DNA of 37,365 nt from an uncultured Bacillales bacterium (GTDB lineage Bacteria; Bacillota_I; Bacilli_A; RF39; UBA660): assembly GCA_946629545.1 (NCBI GenBank), contig CAMOXZ010000003.1:1-37365 (forward strand), written 5' to 3'. The first letter of the stretch is position 1. Every line of letters starts with the position of its first letter. The translations under genes were made by a program, and so were the position numbers. Below, piece by piece: positions 20,599 through 29,892 of this stretch. The notes under the pieces are model-generated. The model made no database searches and was not told the origin of the DNA. It was given only the letters and a program-made list of their open reading frames with translations.

Positions 20599-21627
20599 CT
20601 AATTTAAATCTAGACTAGTCTGTGTATTTTTATCGTTTTTTTCTATTCCTAGTACTTCATATGCTTTTTCAGTAACAATTCTACCACGACTAGTTCTTTT
20701 CATTAAACCAAGTTGAAGTAAATATGGTTCATACACATCTTCTATAGTAGTAACTTCTTCTCCAATAGTAGAACTAATAGCATCAATTCCTACTGGTCCA
20801 CCATTAAATTTATTAATAATTGCAAGTAATAATTCTCTATCTGTATTGTCTAGTCCAATCTTATCAACTTTTAATCTATCAAGAGCTTTATTAGCAATAT
20901 CCAAATTAATTACACCACTACCATCTACTAAAGCAAAATCTCTAACTCTTTTAAATAATCTATTTGCTATTCTTGGAGTACCTCTACTTCTTTTAGCTAA
21001 CTCAATAGCTGCATCTTCTTCTATTTCTACATCTAATACTCTTGCAGTTCTTTTAACTATCTCAGTTAATTCTTCTACTGTATAATATTCAAGTTTATTA
21101 ATAATACCAAATCTGTCTCTTAATGGAGATGATAAATCTCCTGCACGAGTTGTTGCACCTACTAAAGTAAATGGAGGTAAATTAATCTTTATGTTACGAC
21201 TATTACCTTCACTTCCTACTATTATATCTAAAGAAAAATCTTCCATAGCTGGATATAATATTTCTTCAATATATCTAGGCATTCTATGTATTTCATCAAT
21301 GAATAAAACATCTCCCGGTTCAAGAGTAGAAAGTATCGCAGCTAAGTCTCCTGCTTTTTCTATACTAGGACCACTTGCAGTCTTTATATTACTGCCTAAT
21401 TCATGAGCTATAATAAAAGCTAAAGTTGTTTTACCAAGTCCTGGAGGACCATATAATAAAACATGATCTAATGCTTCATCTCTCATCTTAGCAGCTTTAA
21501 CAAATACTCTTATATTTTCTTTAACATCAGTTTGTCCAATATATTCATCTAATGTCTCAGGTCTAATAGTATTATCTAATGTATCATCATCTACTACATC
21601 ATAATTTTTAATAATACTTTCTTCCAT
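20599..21627 (-). CDS. ruvB: Holliday junction branch migration ATPase RuvB
   Basis: RP....YIGQ; [11 protein letters not shown]; FIDEIHR; YPAMEDF; [11 protein letters not shown]. Confidence 0.97.
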   Translation of the reverse strand: MEESIIKNYDVVDDDTLDNTIRPETLDEYIGQTDVKENIRVFVKAAKMRDEALDHVLLYGPPGLGKTTLAFIIAHELGSNIKTASGPSIEKAGDLAAILSTLEPGDVLFIDEIHRMPRYIEEILYPAMEDFSLDIIVGSEGNSRNIKINLPPFTLVGATTRAGDLSSPLRDRFGIINKLEYYTVEELTEIVKRTARVLDVEIEEDAAIELAKRSRGTPRIANRLFKRVRDFALVDGSGVINLDIANKALDRLKVDKIGLDNTDRELLLAIINKFNGGPVGIDAISSTIGEEVTTIEDVYEPYLLQLGLMKRTSRGRIVTEKAYEVLGIEKNDKNTQTSLDLN

Positions 21628-21636
21628 ATAACCCTC

Positions 21637-22191
21637 CTATTTTAATAATAATTTTAATGCTTCTTTTACTTGATCTTCAATTGATAAAGTATTATCAATC
21701 TTAACAATAACTGGATTAATTTCTTTATCCTTATATCCTAATCCAAGTAATACTTCTCTTAATTCACTTTCAGTTTCTGTAACAACACCAGTAGCTACAA
21801 CACCAAGTTTTCCTTTTAAATCAAGAATAATCTGTTTAGCAAGTTTATCTCCAATCTTAGGAAATTTCTTAATATAAAGTATATTTTCTCTTTCAATAGC
21901 ATCTTTAATTCCATCAATTGAACCTACAGCTAGTATAGGAAGAGCCATCTTACAACCAAGTCCTTTAACACTAATAAGTTTTAAGAATAAATCTTTTTCT
22001 TCAATACTCTTAAATCCATATAAATTATTACTATCTTCAGTAATTTGTTGATAGATATATACTTTACTTTCTTTATCTAATTCAAAAGAATATGGATTAG
22101 ATACATATACTAAATAACCTATTCCATTATTTTCAATTACTATACTATTACCCTTAATATCTGTAATAATTCCCTTTATATAATCAAACAT
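21637..22191 (-). CDS. ruvA: Holliday junction DNA-binding protein RuvA
   Basis: MFDYIKG; GIGY; LYGF....EK.LF..LISV.G.G.K.AL; directly upstream of ruvB. Confidence 0.95.
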   Translation of the reverse strand: MFDYIKGIITDIKGNSIVIENNGIGYLVYVSNPYSFELDKESKVYIYQQITEDSNNLYGFKSIEEKDLFLKLISVKGLGCKMALPILAVGSIDGIKDAIERENILYIKKFPKIGDKLAKQIILDLKGKLGVVATGVVTETESELREVLLGLGYKDKEINPVIVKIDNTLSIEDQVKEALKLLLK

Positions 22192-22199
22192 CTAATCAC

Positions 22200-24041
22200 C
22201 TATTTCTTATCTACTTTTAATTTATCAATTAACTCTTCACTATCAGTCTCATCATCTACTTGTTCTAATAAATCTTCTGTTCTTTCAAATTGTTTATCTT
22301 TTCTCTTCATCTTCTCTTCTTGCATTAATACGTTATATGCAACTTTACCAACTAATGTCTTAGGAAGTTCATCCCTAAATTCATATTCATATGGCCAAGA
22401 AAATCTAGCAAGATTCTTTTCTACTAAACCTTTAATAGAATCAAGTATAGCTTCTTTATCTTTAGCATCTCTTTTTAACACAATAAATGCTTTAGCCACA
22501 GTTACTTTATATGGATGAGGTATACCTATAACACAACTCATCTTAACACTAGGATGAGAATCAATAACATTCTCAATCATACCTGGATATACACAGTAAC
22601 CTGAAGTTATAATCATACGTTTTAATCTACCCTTAAAGTAAACAAATCCATCTTTATCCATAATTCCAGAGTCACCCGTATGTAACCAAATACGTCCATC
22701 TCTATGTTTCTTTAAAGTAGCTTTAGTTTCTTTCTTATTATTAATGTATCCTGCCATTACAGTAGGACCAGTAATAACAATCTCTCCTTCAGTACCATAA
22801 GGTACTTCTTTTTCTTTACCTTCTTCTACTATTTTATAATATGTATCTGGATAAGGTATTCCAATACTACCAGGTCTATAATTATTAAGTGGAGTAAAAC
22901 AACTAGCAGCACAACACTCAGTTAATCCATAACCTTCTCTTATAGTAGTAGGAGAATGGTGTTTCTTTAACCATTCATCAAATTTCTTTTTTAACTCTAT
23001 TGATAAAGAATCTCCTCCAGAAATAACACATGTTAAATAATCTAATCTCATGAATCTAAAATTCTTATTATTACAAATAGCTTCAAATAATGTAGGAACT
23101 CCTACTAATACGTTAGGTTCATATTTTTTAACTATCTTATCAAATGTCTTCGCATTAAATTGTGGAAGTAATATACTTGTACCTCCAAAATATTGAACAC
23201 AATGAATACATACACTTAAACCAAATCCATGGAATATTGGCATAATAGCAAGTACTTTATCTTTATCATGAAGACATGCTACATGTTCAAAATTCTGCAT
23301 AGCAGAAGCATTAAGATTTAAATTAGTAAGTTTAACTCCCTTAGGAGTACCTGTAGTACCACCAGAATAAAGGATAGCCGCTACATCTTTACCTTTAAAA
23401 TTATCATCCATTTCTTTTAGATAATCTCTACCTAATCTAAGAAAACTACCCCAACTAATCTTCATACTATTAAGTTCATTATAATCTTCATTTAAATAAT
23501 TAATTGGATTTAATTTAGTCAATGTCTTAGTAACATTAGTAGCTGCATATAATGATTTCATCACTGGAGGCATAGACTCTCCTACACCAACACTAATTAC
23601 TTTCTTAACCTTAGTACTTTTAATAATCTTTTCTACTTTAGGTATAGTAAAATCAATAGTAATTAAATAACTACTTTTACTAATATTTAAATAATGTTTA
23701 ATTTCATTTTCAGCACTTAATGGATGTATCATAGAAGCAATTGCCCCTATCTTATTACATGCATAAAAAGATATTATAGCTTCAGGAGTATTAGGCATAC
23801 ATATACTAACTACATCTTTATATTTAACACCTAATGCTTTTAAACTTCTAGCTACTTCATCTATTTGTTTTAAAAATTCATGATAAGTCTTTTTATTACC
23901 ATAGTAATTATAACTAATATTATTTAAATGCTTACTAGCAGTATATTCTATTAATTTGTATGCAGAAAAATCTGGATACTCTAAATGTTGTTTCTCATCA
24001 CCATAATACTTTAACCAAGGAGCTCTTATGCTTCTACTCAT
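22200..24041 (-). CDS. Long-chain fatty acid-CoA ligase (AMP-binding family)
   Basis: YSGGTTGTPKG; PIFHGFG; EGYGLTE; GPTVMAGY; WLHTGD; GRLKRMI; LPKTLVGK. Confidence 0.9.
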   Translation of the reverse strand: MSRSIRAPWLKYYGDEKQHLEYPDFSAYKLIEYTASKHLNNISYNYYGNKKTYHEFLKQIDEVARSLKALGVKYKDVVSICMPNTPEAIISFYACNKIGAIASMIHPLSAENEIKHYLNISKSSYLITIDFTIPKVEKIIKSTKVKKVISVGVGESMPPVMKSLYAATNVTKTLTKLNPINYLNEDYNELNSMKISWGSFLRLGRDYLKEMDDNFKGKDVAAILYSGGTTGTPKGVKLTNLNLNASAMQNFEHVACLHDKDKVLAIMPIFHGFGLSVCIHCVQYFGGTSILLPQFNAKTFDKIVKKYEPNVLVGVPTLFEAICNNKNFRFMRLDYLTCVISGGDSLSIELKKKFDEWLKKHHSPTTIREGYGLTECCAASCFTPLNNYRPGSIGIPYPDTYYKIVEEGKEKEVPYGTEGEIVITGPTVMAGYINNKKETKATLKKHRDGRIWLHTGDSGIMDKDGFVYFKGRLKRMIITSGYCVYPGMIENVIDSHPSVKMSCVIGIPHPYKVTVAKAFIVLKRDAKDKEAILDSIKGLVEKNLARFSWPYEYEFRDELPKTLVGKVAYNVLMQEEKMKRKDKQFERTEDLLEQVDDETDSEELIDKLKVDKK

Positions 24042-24093
24042 AACTATCACCTAATACCATTTTATCATTTATTAACATAAAAATCTATATATT

Positions 24094-24123
24094 AAACTTA
24101 TGGTCAAAAAAATTTACCATAAG
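24094..24123 (-). terminator. Terminator after the ORF6N gene
   Basis: cttatggt/accataag stem. Confidence 0.55.
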
Positions 24124-24127
24124 CTAA

Positions 24128-25006
24128 TTATTTATCTATTATACTTTTTATAAAATTTTCTAAATTACTTTTTAGAAAACCTTTTTCTTGTAAAACTATT
24201 GAAAATACTTTTTTACCAAGATAATTAATAGATGTTCCAATATGATAAACTAAATTCCTATCCAAAATAACAAACCTATCATGAAATTTATTATTTTTAA
24301 AAACTCTTAATTTATTATTATATTGTTTATTAAATTTATTAATTTGTTTTTCAGTTAAATCCGATTTATTACTAGTAATCAATATAATTTTAGAATTAAT
24401 ATCCTTTATTAATTCTAAAACATCTAAACTAGCATAAGGATCCATTATTATTAATTCATTTTTTGCTTCCTTCAATATGCTATGTAAATAATAATATGCA
24501 TCATATACTGTACCAGATAAGAATAATCTTTCTTTTCTATTAAACTGTTCAAATAATTTGTTAATTTTTTCATCATGTTCAATTATCTTATTATTAATAT
24601 TATCTAGTGTTTGATAAATATCACTATTACTAGATAAATAATGTCTCATGGCCACAAAATTTCTCATAATTCTAACACTTATATCAGCAGCCACCTCAGT
24701 GTGAATAACAGAAGCAAGCATAGCAACGCCTTGCTCTGTAAAGACATGAGGCATATACTTTAGATTTTGACCTCTTTTTACATTCAAGGTTCCAATTTGG
24801 AACCTTGAACATTCCATAGGAGTTAATTGAAAATAAAAATCTTCAGGAAATCTTTCTACATTTCTCTTAACAGCTTTATTAATATCTTTTGTACCATTCT
24901 TGCATTCATAAAACTCTGCCAAATCGCTATCAAACATAACCTGTATTCCCCTAATTTCATAAATTTTATTTTGTATATTTTCATCACTTATTAAGAATTC
25001 TTTCAT
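24128..25006 (-). CDS. ORF6N DNA-binding domain protein with a C-terminal PLD-like (HDRF) domain
   Basis: IYEIRG.QVM.DSDLA..Y; AVKRN.ERFPEDF.FQLT; P.VFTEQGVAMLASV; coiled coil; C-terminal DPY and FHDRFVILD...YHIGTSINYLGKK. Confidence 0.88.
   Translation of the reverse strand: MKEFLISDENIQNKIYEIRGIQVMFDSDLAEFYECKNGTKDINKAVKRNVERFPEDFYFQLTPMECSRFQIGTLNVKRGQNLKYMPHVFTEQGVAMLASVIHTEVAADISVRIMRNFVAMRHYLSSNSDIYQTLDNINNKIIEHDEKINKLFEQFNRKERLFLSGTVYDAYYYLHSILKEAKNELIIMDPYASLDVLELIKDINSKIILITSNKSDLTEKQINKFNKQYNNKLRVFKNNKFHDRFVILDRNLVYHIGTSINYLGKKVFSIVLQEKGFLKSNLENFIKSIIDK
24783..24809. repeat. Perfect intragenic palindrome (13-bp arms, 1-nt centre)
   Basis: ttcaaggttccaa-t-ttggaaccttgaa. Confidence 0.95.
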
Positions 25007-25085
25007 ATATTCAACCTCCCATTAAATTCTATAACATAAATATTTTTCTAAATCTTTCATGTCATATGTGCACCCCCATAATACA

Positions 25086-25114
25086 TATATAACATACATT
25101 TGTTCGTATGTCAA
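25086..25114 (-). promoter_or_regulatory. SigmaA promoter with a LexA(Cheo)-like box in the spacer
   Basis: TTGACA-N17-TATATA (extended TG). The spacer contains CGAACAAATGTATG, versus the Firmicute SOS box CGAACRNRYGTTYC. Confidence 0.5.
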
Positions 25115-25132
25115 ATATTAAAAAAAGAAGAA

Positions 25133-25855
25133 TTAATCTTCTTTTAAATTATAATATACATCTTGTACATCATCTAAATCTTCTAATGTATCAACAAGAT
25201 TCATTACCTTTTCAGCTGCTTCTCCTTCTAAAGAAACTTCCATATTAGGAACATAAGTCAATTCACATTGTAGGAATTCAGCTACTCCATTAGATTCTAA
25301 TGCATCTCTAACACTAGTAAAGCTGTTTTGATTAGTTGTTATTACATAAGTATCTTCAACTTTTTCAAAATCATCTGCTCCTGCGTCTAATGCTACCATC
25401 ATCATAGTATCTTCATCATATTCACTAGGTATTACAATACTACCTTTTCTTTCAAACATATAACTAACTGAACCATCAGTTCCTAAGTTACCACCAGCTT
25501 TAGTAAAACTACTTCTTACCATTGAAGCTGTTCTATTTCTATTATCAGTTAAGCAATCAACCATGAATGCTACACCATTTGGTCCATATCCTTCATATCT
25601 TACTGATTCAAAGTTAGCACCATCAGCACCACCTGTTGCTTTTTCAATTGCTTTTTGAATATTATCTTTTGGCATGTTTTGAGCTTTAGCTTTATCAACT
25701 GCCAATCTTAATGCTGCATTTTGAGAAGGATCAGGACTTCCTCCCTTTGCTGCCACCATAATTTCTTTTGCTAATTTTTGAAATACTTTACCACGAGCTT
25801 GATCTAATAATCCTTTTTTTCTATGAATTGTAGCCCATTTAGAATGTCCACTCAT
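25133..25855 (-). CDS. yebC: YebC/PmpR family protein
   Basis: MSGHSKWATI..KKG; MPKDNI..AI; YEGYGP.G; TDNRNRT; LEDLDDVQDVY. Start after a GGAGG RBS. Confidence 0.96.
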   Translation of the reverse strand: MSGHSKWATIHRKKGLLDQARGKVFQKLAKEIMVAAKGGSPDPSQNAALRLAVDKAKAQNMPKDNIQKAIEKATGGADGANFESVRYEGYGPNGVAFMVDCLTDNRNRTASMVRSSFTKAGGNLGTDGSVSYMFERKGSIVIPSEYDEDTMMMVALDAGADDFEKVEDTYVITTNQNSFTSVRDALESNGVAEFLQCELTYVPNMEVSLEGEAAEKVMNLVDTLEDLDDVQDVYYNLKED

Positions 25856-25916
25856 CTTATTACCTCCTCTTTCCATAGATATTATACAACAATAATTAAA
25901 AAAAAGAAAATACAAA

Positions 25917-27830
25917 TTATTTTCTTTTTATAAATACTAATTGATTATCCTTCTCAGCATCTAATCTCTTAGAATAATATTTTTTATTTAATAATATTTC
26001 TTTATATAAATCTTTTACTTTTTTATCTTTAACTTTACTCTTCTCTACTTGTTTTAAATAAGTATCTCCTTGTTTCATATCACCTAAGTAATAACAATCT
26101 CTAGCATATAGTAATTTAACATAATTAGTATCTTCTTCACTAAATCCTAACTTACCACAAGCATCAATTAATGAAATTTCACCTTCTTGAGTTAAACCAA
26201 TTAAATCATTTAAAAGAGTTTCATCTAAAGTAACATTTTTATTATCAGCATTAAATTCCTCTGCTTTAACTTCAACTCTTGGCTTTAAATTATCTCTATC
26301 ATCAGGATGTTCTATTTCATAAATTAAATCACTATAATCAAGATTACCACCAGATTCTTTACTTAAAATATTAGCTATTTTTAAATAATCTAAAGCTTCA
26401 TTTCTTCTATGCATACGTAGTAAAGTCAAACCATACATACCATAAGTAAAATCTCTAGGTCTTCCTAATTTTAATAATAATTCATATTGTTTAGCAGCTT
26501 CTTCATATTTACCTTTATAATATAAACTTTTTGCTTCTTTAATAACATCTAATTTATCTACATGTTCTTTTATAAAAGGATGATATCTTAAAACTATTCT
26601 TCTTTCAGGTTCTTGTCCTATACTAAATGCAGCTATATCGTTATATTTAGATGCAATTTTTTGAACTAAATCTCTTTTTTCTTTTGGCATAGGTTCTAAT
26701 AAGAATGCACTTCTACCAGAATGTAACTCTTCTATTTTAGACATAAGAGATTGTTTTTCTGTTTCACTTAAACTAACAATTCCTGATTTTTTAACTTCAT
26801 ATTTTTTTCTCATTTCACTAACTGCATCAATTAATGGTTGAATATTTGATTTCTTATTATCAATTAAACTAATCAATTTCTTTAACATAAGATGTAAATA
26901 ACTATCTTTTTCTATATTATGATCTTCAATATGTTGTTCTAAAAAATGAAGTGCTTGCTCATAATTATAATTATCAATAGCATCAAAAGTATCATATCCT
27001 TCACCTTTTACTTCAGGTATTTCATCAGTATTCTTTATTGATAAATATTGATTAACTAACTTTAATAAATATTGATCAGTTGTAGATAAGAATCTATGTT
27101 TATCTTCTTCTTCTAATAAATTTTTTAATTCTTCAAATTCATCTTGTTTTAAAAGTAAATAACTATTTTTATGTAAAAGCCTACTCTTAAATAACCATTT
27201 TAATATAAATTCTTTTTCTACTTTATTTTCAAAACTCATTTCATCTGCAGGTACATTCCCAAATCTTGCATCAAGCATACCATTAACTCTAAAATATGAT
27301 TTTGCATATACATTTTTTCTAAAATTATTCAATTCTTTAGACTCGTCATCTTTTTCTTCTAATAAAATATCATCTATTTTTATATTATCAAAACTATCTT
27401 TAAATTCGTTAGGTAAATCATATAAATTACCTAGTAAATATAAATAATAATTAGCATCAGCTTCATGACCATTCTTTTTCATATAATCACTAACAACACT
27501 AAAATGCTTAAATATATATTGTTCTTTAGCTTTTAATAAATTACGATAAAATAATTGATAATTAGCATTAAAATTATTACGATCAATTGAATATGCACAA
27601 ATAAATATTTCATTAGCAGTTTTATAATCTTTATTTGCTAATAATTCTCTTCCATAATAAACTAAATCATCAACGCTACCTACTGTATATTCTTCATTAT
27701 CAACAGTAGTAAGAATACCAGTTTCTAAAAAGTTTTCAATAAGTGAATCTGGTACACCACAATCAACTAAACCACTATAACTGATTCTTCTTTGTGTTCT
27801 TAAAATACTAAATACTCTACTTAAATCCAT
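25917..27830 (-). CDS. Hypothetical TPR-like protein with an N-terminal wHTH-like segment and an internal R3H-like domain
   Basis: TPR-like AKSLYYKGKYEEAAKQYELLL / YGLTLLRMHRRNEALDYLKIA. LLEPMPKEKRDLVQKIASKYNDIAAFSIGQEPERRIVL resembles the Jag R3H domain. Confidence 0.7.
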   Translation of the reverse strand: MDLSRVFSILRTQRRISYSGLVDCGVPDSLIENFLETGILTTVDNEEYTVGSVDDLVYYGRELLANKDYKTANEIFICAYSIDRNNFNANYQLFYRNLLKAKEQYIFKHFSVVSDYMKKNGHEADANYYLYLLGNLYDLPNEFKDSFDNIKIDDILLEEKDDESKELNNFRKNVYAKSYFRVNGMLDARFGNVPADEMSFENKVEKEFILKWLFKSRLLHKNSYLLLKQDEFEELKNLLEEEDKHRFLSTTDQYLLKLVNQYLSIKNTDEIPEVKGEGYDTFDAIDNYNYEQALHFLEQHIEDHNIEKDSYLHLMLKKLISLIDNKKSNIQPLIDAVSEMRKKYEVKKSGIVSLSETEKQSLMSKIEELHSGRSAFLLEPMPKEKRDLVQKIASKYNDIAAFSIGQEPERRIVLRYHPFIKEHVDKLDVIKEAKSLYYKGKYEEAAKQYELLLKLGRPRDFTYGMYGLTLLRMHRRNEALDYLKIANILSKESGGNLDYSDLIYEIEHPDDRDNLKPRVEVKAEEFNADNKNVTLDETLLNDLIGLTQEGEISLIDACGKLGFSEEDTNYVKLLYARDCYYLGDMKQGDTYLKQVEKSKVKDKKVKDLYKEILLNKKYYSKRLDAEKDNQLVFIKRK

Positions 27831-27838
27831 ATGTACAC

Positions 27839-28549
27839 CTACCCTCTATCATTATATATAATTGGATAATTATTTCCAATTTCTTTTAAATACTTAACTT
27901 TTAATTTACCCATATTATTTTCATCTACAATTTTTCTTGTATTTTCAATAAAACTAAATGGCCAATCTAAATCTTCATTATACTGATCAAATAATTCCAA
28001 ATTATTATGACTGTCACATAAAACAATCATAAAATCTTTATTATGTCTTACAGCAGATTTTACTATAATTGAACTAGCACCACATGGTAATAATCCAATC
28101 AAAAGATCTGCACTACTAACATTATTCATCGAAGAAAACCTTCTTTTAATTAATTTCATATTAGAAAGTTTATCTTTAATATATAATCTCGGATCATAAA
28201 CTGTAATAGTACCTAATTCTTGCATAGAAGCTATTCTTTTAGCAAGACGAGGTATATTACCACCACCTATTTCAATAACACTTTTATTCTTTATATCAAA
28301 TGTTTCATTAACAAATTTACTAAACGCTTTATAGGGATTTAATGAATCTGGTAATATACCCAATTCATCATATAGTTGAAGAGTAATATAATTATGCATA
28401 CCACATTCAAAATATTCATTATCAAGCGCTTTTAAAACTTGCCATTTTTCCATGGAATTAAAAGCTTCTTCATTATCTCTTAAATAGTCAATAATCATTC
28501 CTATTCTTTCAACTTTTTTATTAACCTTATCCCCTGCAAGTATCATCAT
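27839..28549 (-). CDS. Putative class I SAM-dependent methyltransferase-like protein
   Basis: VIEIGGG motif I; TVYDPRL; DLLIGLLPCGAS; FMIVLC. Start after an AAGGAG RBS. Confidence 0.6.
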   Translation of the reverse strand: MMILAGDKVNKKVERIGMIIDYLRDNEEAFNSMEKWQVLKALDNEYFECGMHNYITLQLYDELGILPDSLNPYKAFSKFVNETFDIKNKSVIEIGGGNIPRLAKRIASMQELGTITVYDPRLYIKDKLSNMKLIKRRFSSMNNVSSADLLIGLLPCGASSIIVKSAVRHNKDFMIVLCDSHNNLELFDQYNEDLDWPFSFIENTRKIVDENNMGKLKVKYLKEIGNNYPIIYNDRG

Positions 28550-28581
28550 TAAGTCTCCTTTTATGAAAATTATTATAAAAG

Positions 28582-28606
28582 AAAAACCTTTAAAAGTAAA
28601 GGTTTT
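28582..28606 (-). terminator. Terminator after obgE
   Basis: aaaaccttta/taaaggtttt stem. Confidence 0.55.
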
Positions 28607-29876
28607 AATCTTTATAATCAAAATAGAAATCTAGTATTCTAACTTGGTCTCCTTCTTCAGCACCTAGTTCTCTTAATTTATCATCTATTCCCATTCTTCT
28701 AAGTTTTTTAGCAAATCTATAAATAGCTTCTTCACTAGAAAACTTAGTCATTTTAAATATACGTTCAATTTCCTTACCACTTATTACCCATACATCATCT
28801 TCTTTAGTAATAGTAAATGGTTCTTCTTTCTTGAATTTATATAATACATGACTCTCAATTTGACTATCATCATATAATGGATTATTAGGTAATTCTTCTA
28901 ACATATTAGCAAGTTCATCTACTACCAATTGTAATCCTTGATTCATAGCTGCACTTACTTCAAATATTTTTAAATGACATTTCTTTTTAAACTCTTCTAA
29001 GTTTTCTTTAGCTCCATCTAAATCCATTTTATTAGCTACAACAATCATTGGTTTTTTAATTAATTTTTCATTGAAAGCTTCAAGCTCTTTATTAATCATA
29101 ATAAAGTCTTCATAAGGGTCTCTTCCTTCAGAACCAGCCATATCCACTACATGAGCTATAACTTTAGTTCTTTCAATATGTCTTAAGAATTTATCTCCAA
29201 GTCCTTCACCATTAGAAGCACCTTCTATTAATCCAGGTAAATCTGCCATTACGAAACTTCTTCCATCACTACTTCTAACTACCCCTAGATTAGGATTTAA
29301 TGTAGTAAAGTGATATGCAGCTATTTTAGGTTTAGACTTCGAAACACAACTTATTATAGTACTTTTACCTACACTAGGTAATCCAACAAGTCCTACATCA
29401 GCTAACATTTTAACTTCTACTTTTAAGGTCTTGTGTTCTCCTTCTTCTCCATTTTCAGAGAAGTTTGGAGCTGTATTAGTTTGAGTCTTAAATGCAGTGT
29501 TACCACGTCCACCACGTCCACCTTTAGCAATAATTTCTTCTTGATCTTTATGAGATAAATCTGCAATTATAAATCCTGTATCTAAATCAGTAACTACTGT
29601 TCCTAGTGGTACCTTCACTACTAAAGCATCTGCACCTTTACCATGTTGATTCTTACCTCTACCATTTTCCCCATTTGGAGCTTTTAATGTTTTTTGATAT
29701 CTTAAATCAAGTAATGTAGTAAGCCCTTCATCTACTTTAAAAATGATATCTCCACCATGGCCGCCATTACCTCCGTAAGGTCCACCCATTTCTACGAACT
29801 TCTCACGGCGAAAAGCAGTGCAACCATCTCCACCTTTTCCAGCTTCTACTTTAATTTCTACCTCATCGACAAACAT
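28605..29876 (-). CDS. obgE: GTPase ObgE/CgtA
   Basis: MFVD...AGKGGDG..FRREK; Gly-rich Obg fold; GLPSVGKST; YHFTTL; DLPGLIEGA; NKMD; C-terminal OCT domain. Confidence 0.97.
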   Translation of the reverse strand: MFVDEVEIKVEAGKGGDGCTAFRREKFVEMGGPYGGNGGHGGDIIFKVDEGLTTLLDLRYQKTLKAPNGENGRGKNQHGKGADALVVKVPLGTVVTDLDTGFIIADLSHKDQEEIIAKGGRGGRGNTAFKTQTNTAPNFSENGEEGEHKTLKVEVKMLADVGLVGLPSVGKSTIISCVSKSKPKIAAYHFTTLNPNLGVVRSSDGRSFVMADLPGLIEGASNGEGLGDKFLRHIERTKVIAHVVDMAGSEGRDPYEDFIMINKELEAFNEKLIKKPMIVVANKMDLDGAKENLEEFKKKCHLKIFEVSAAMNQGLQLVVDELANMLEELPNNPLYDDSQIESHVLYKFKKEEPFTITKEDDVWVISGKEIERIFKMTKFSSEEAIYRFAKKLRRMGIDDKLRELGAEEGDQVRILDFYFDYKD

Positions 29877-29892
29877 GGTCACACCTCCTTTT

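Noticed and set aside
20846-21406. Two short plus-strand ORFs
   Set aside because: In-register antisense shadows of ruvB
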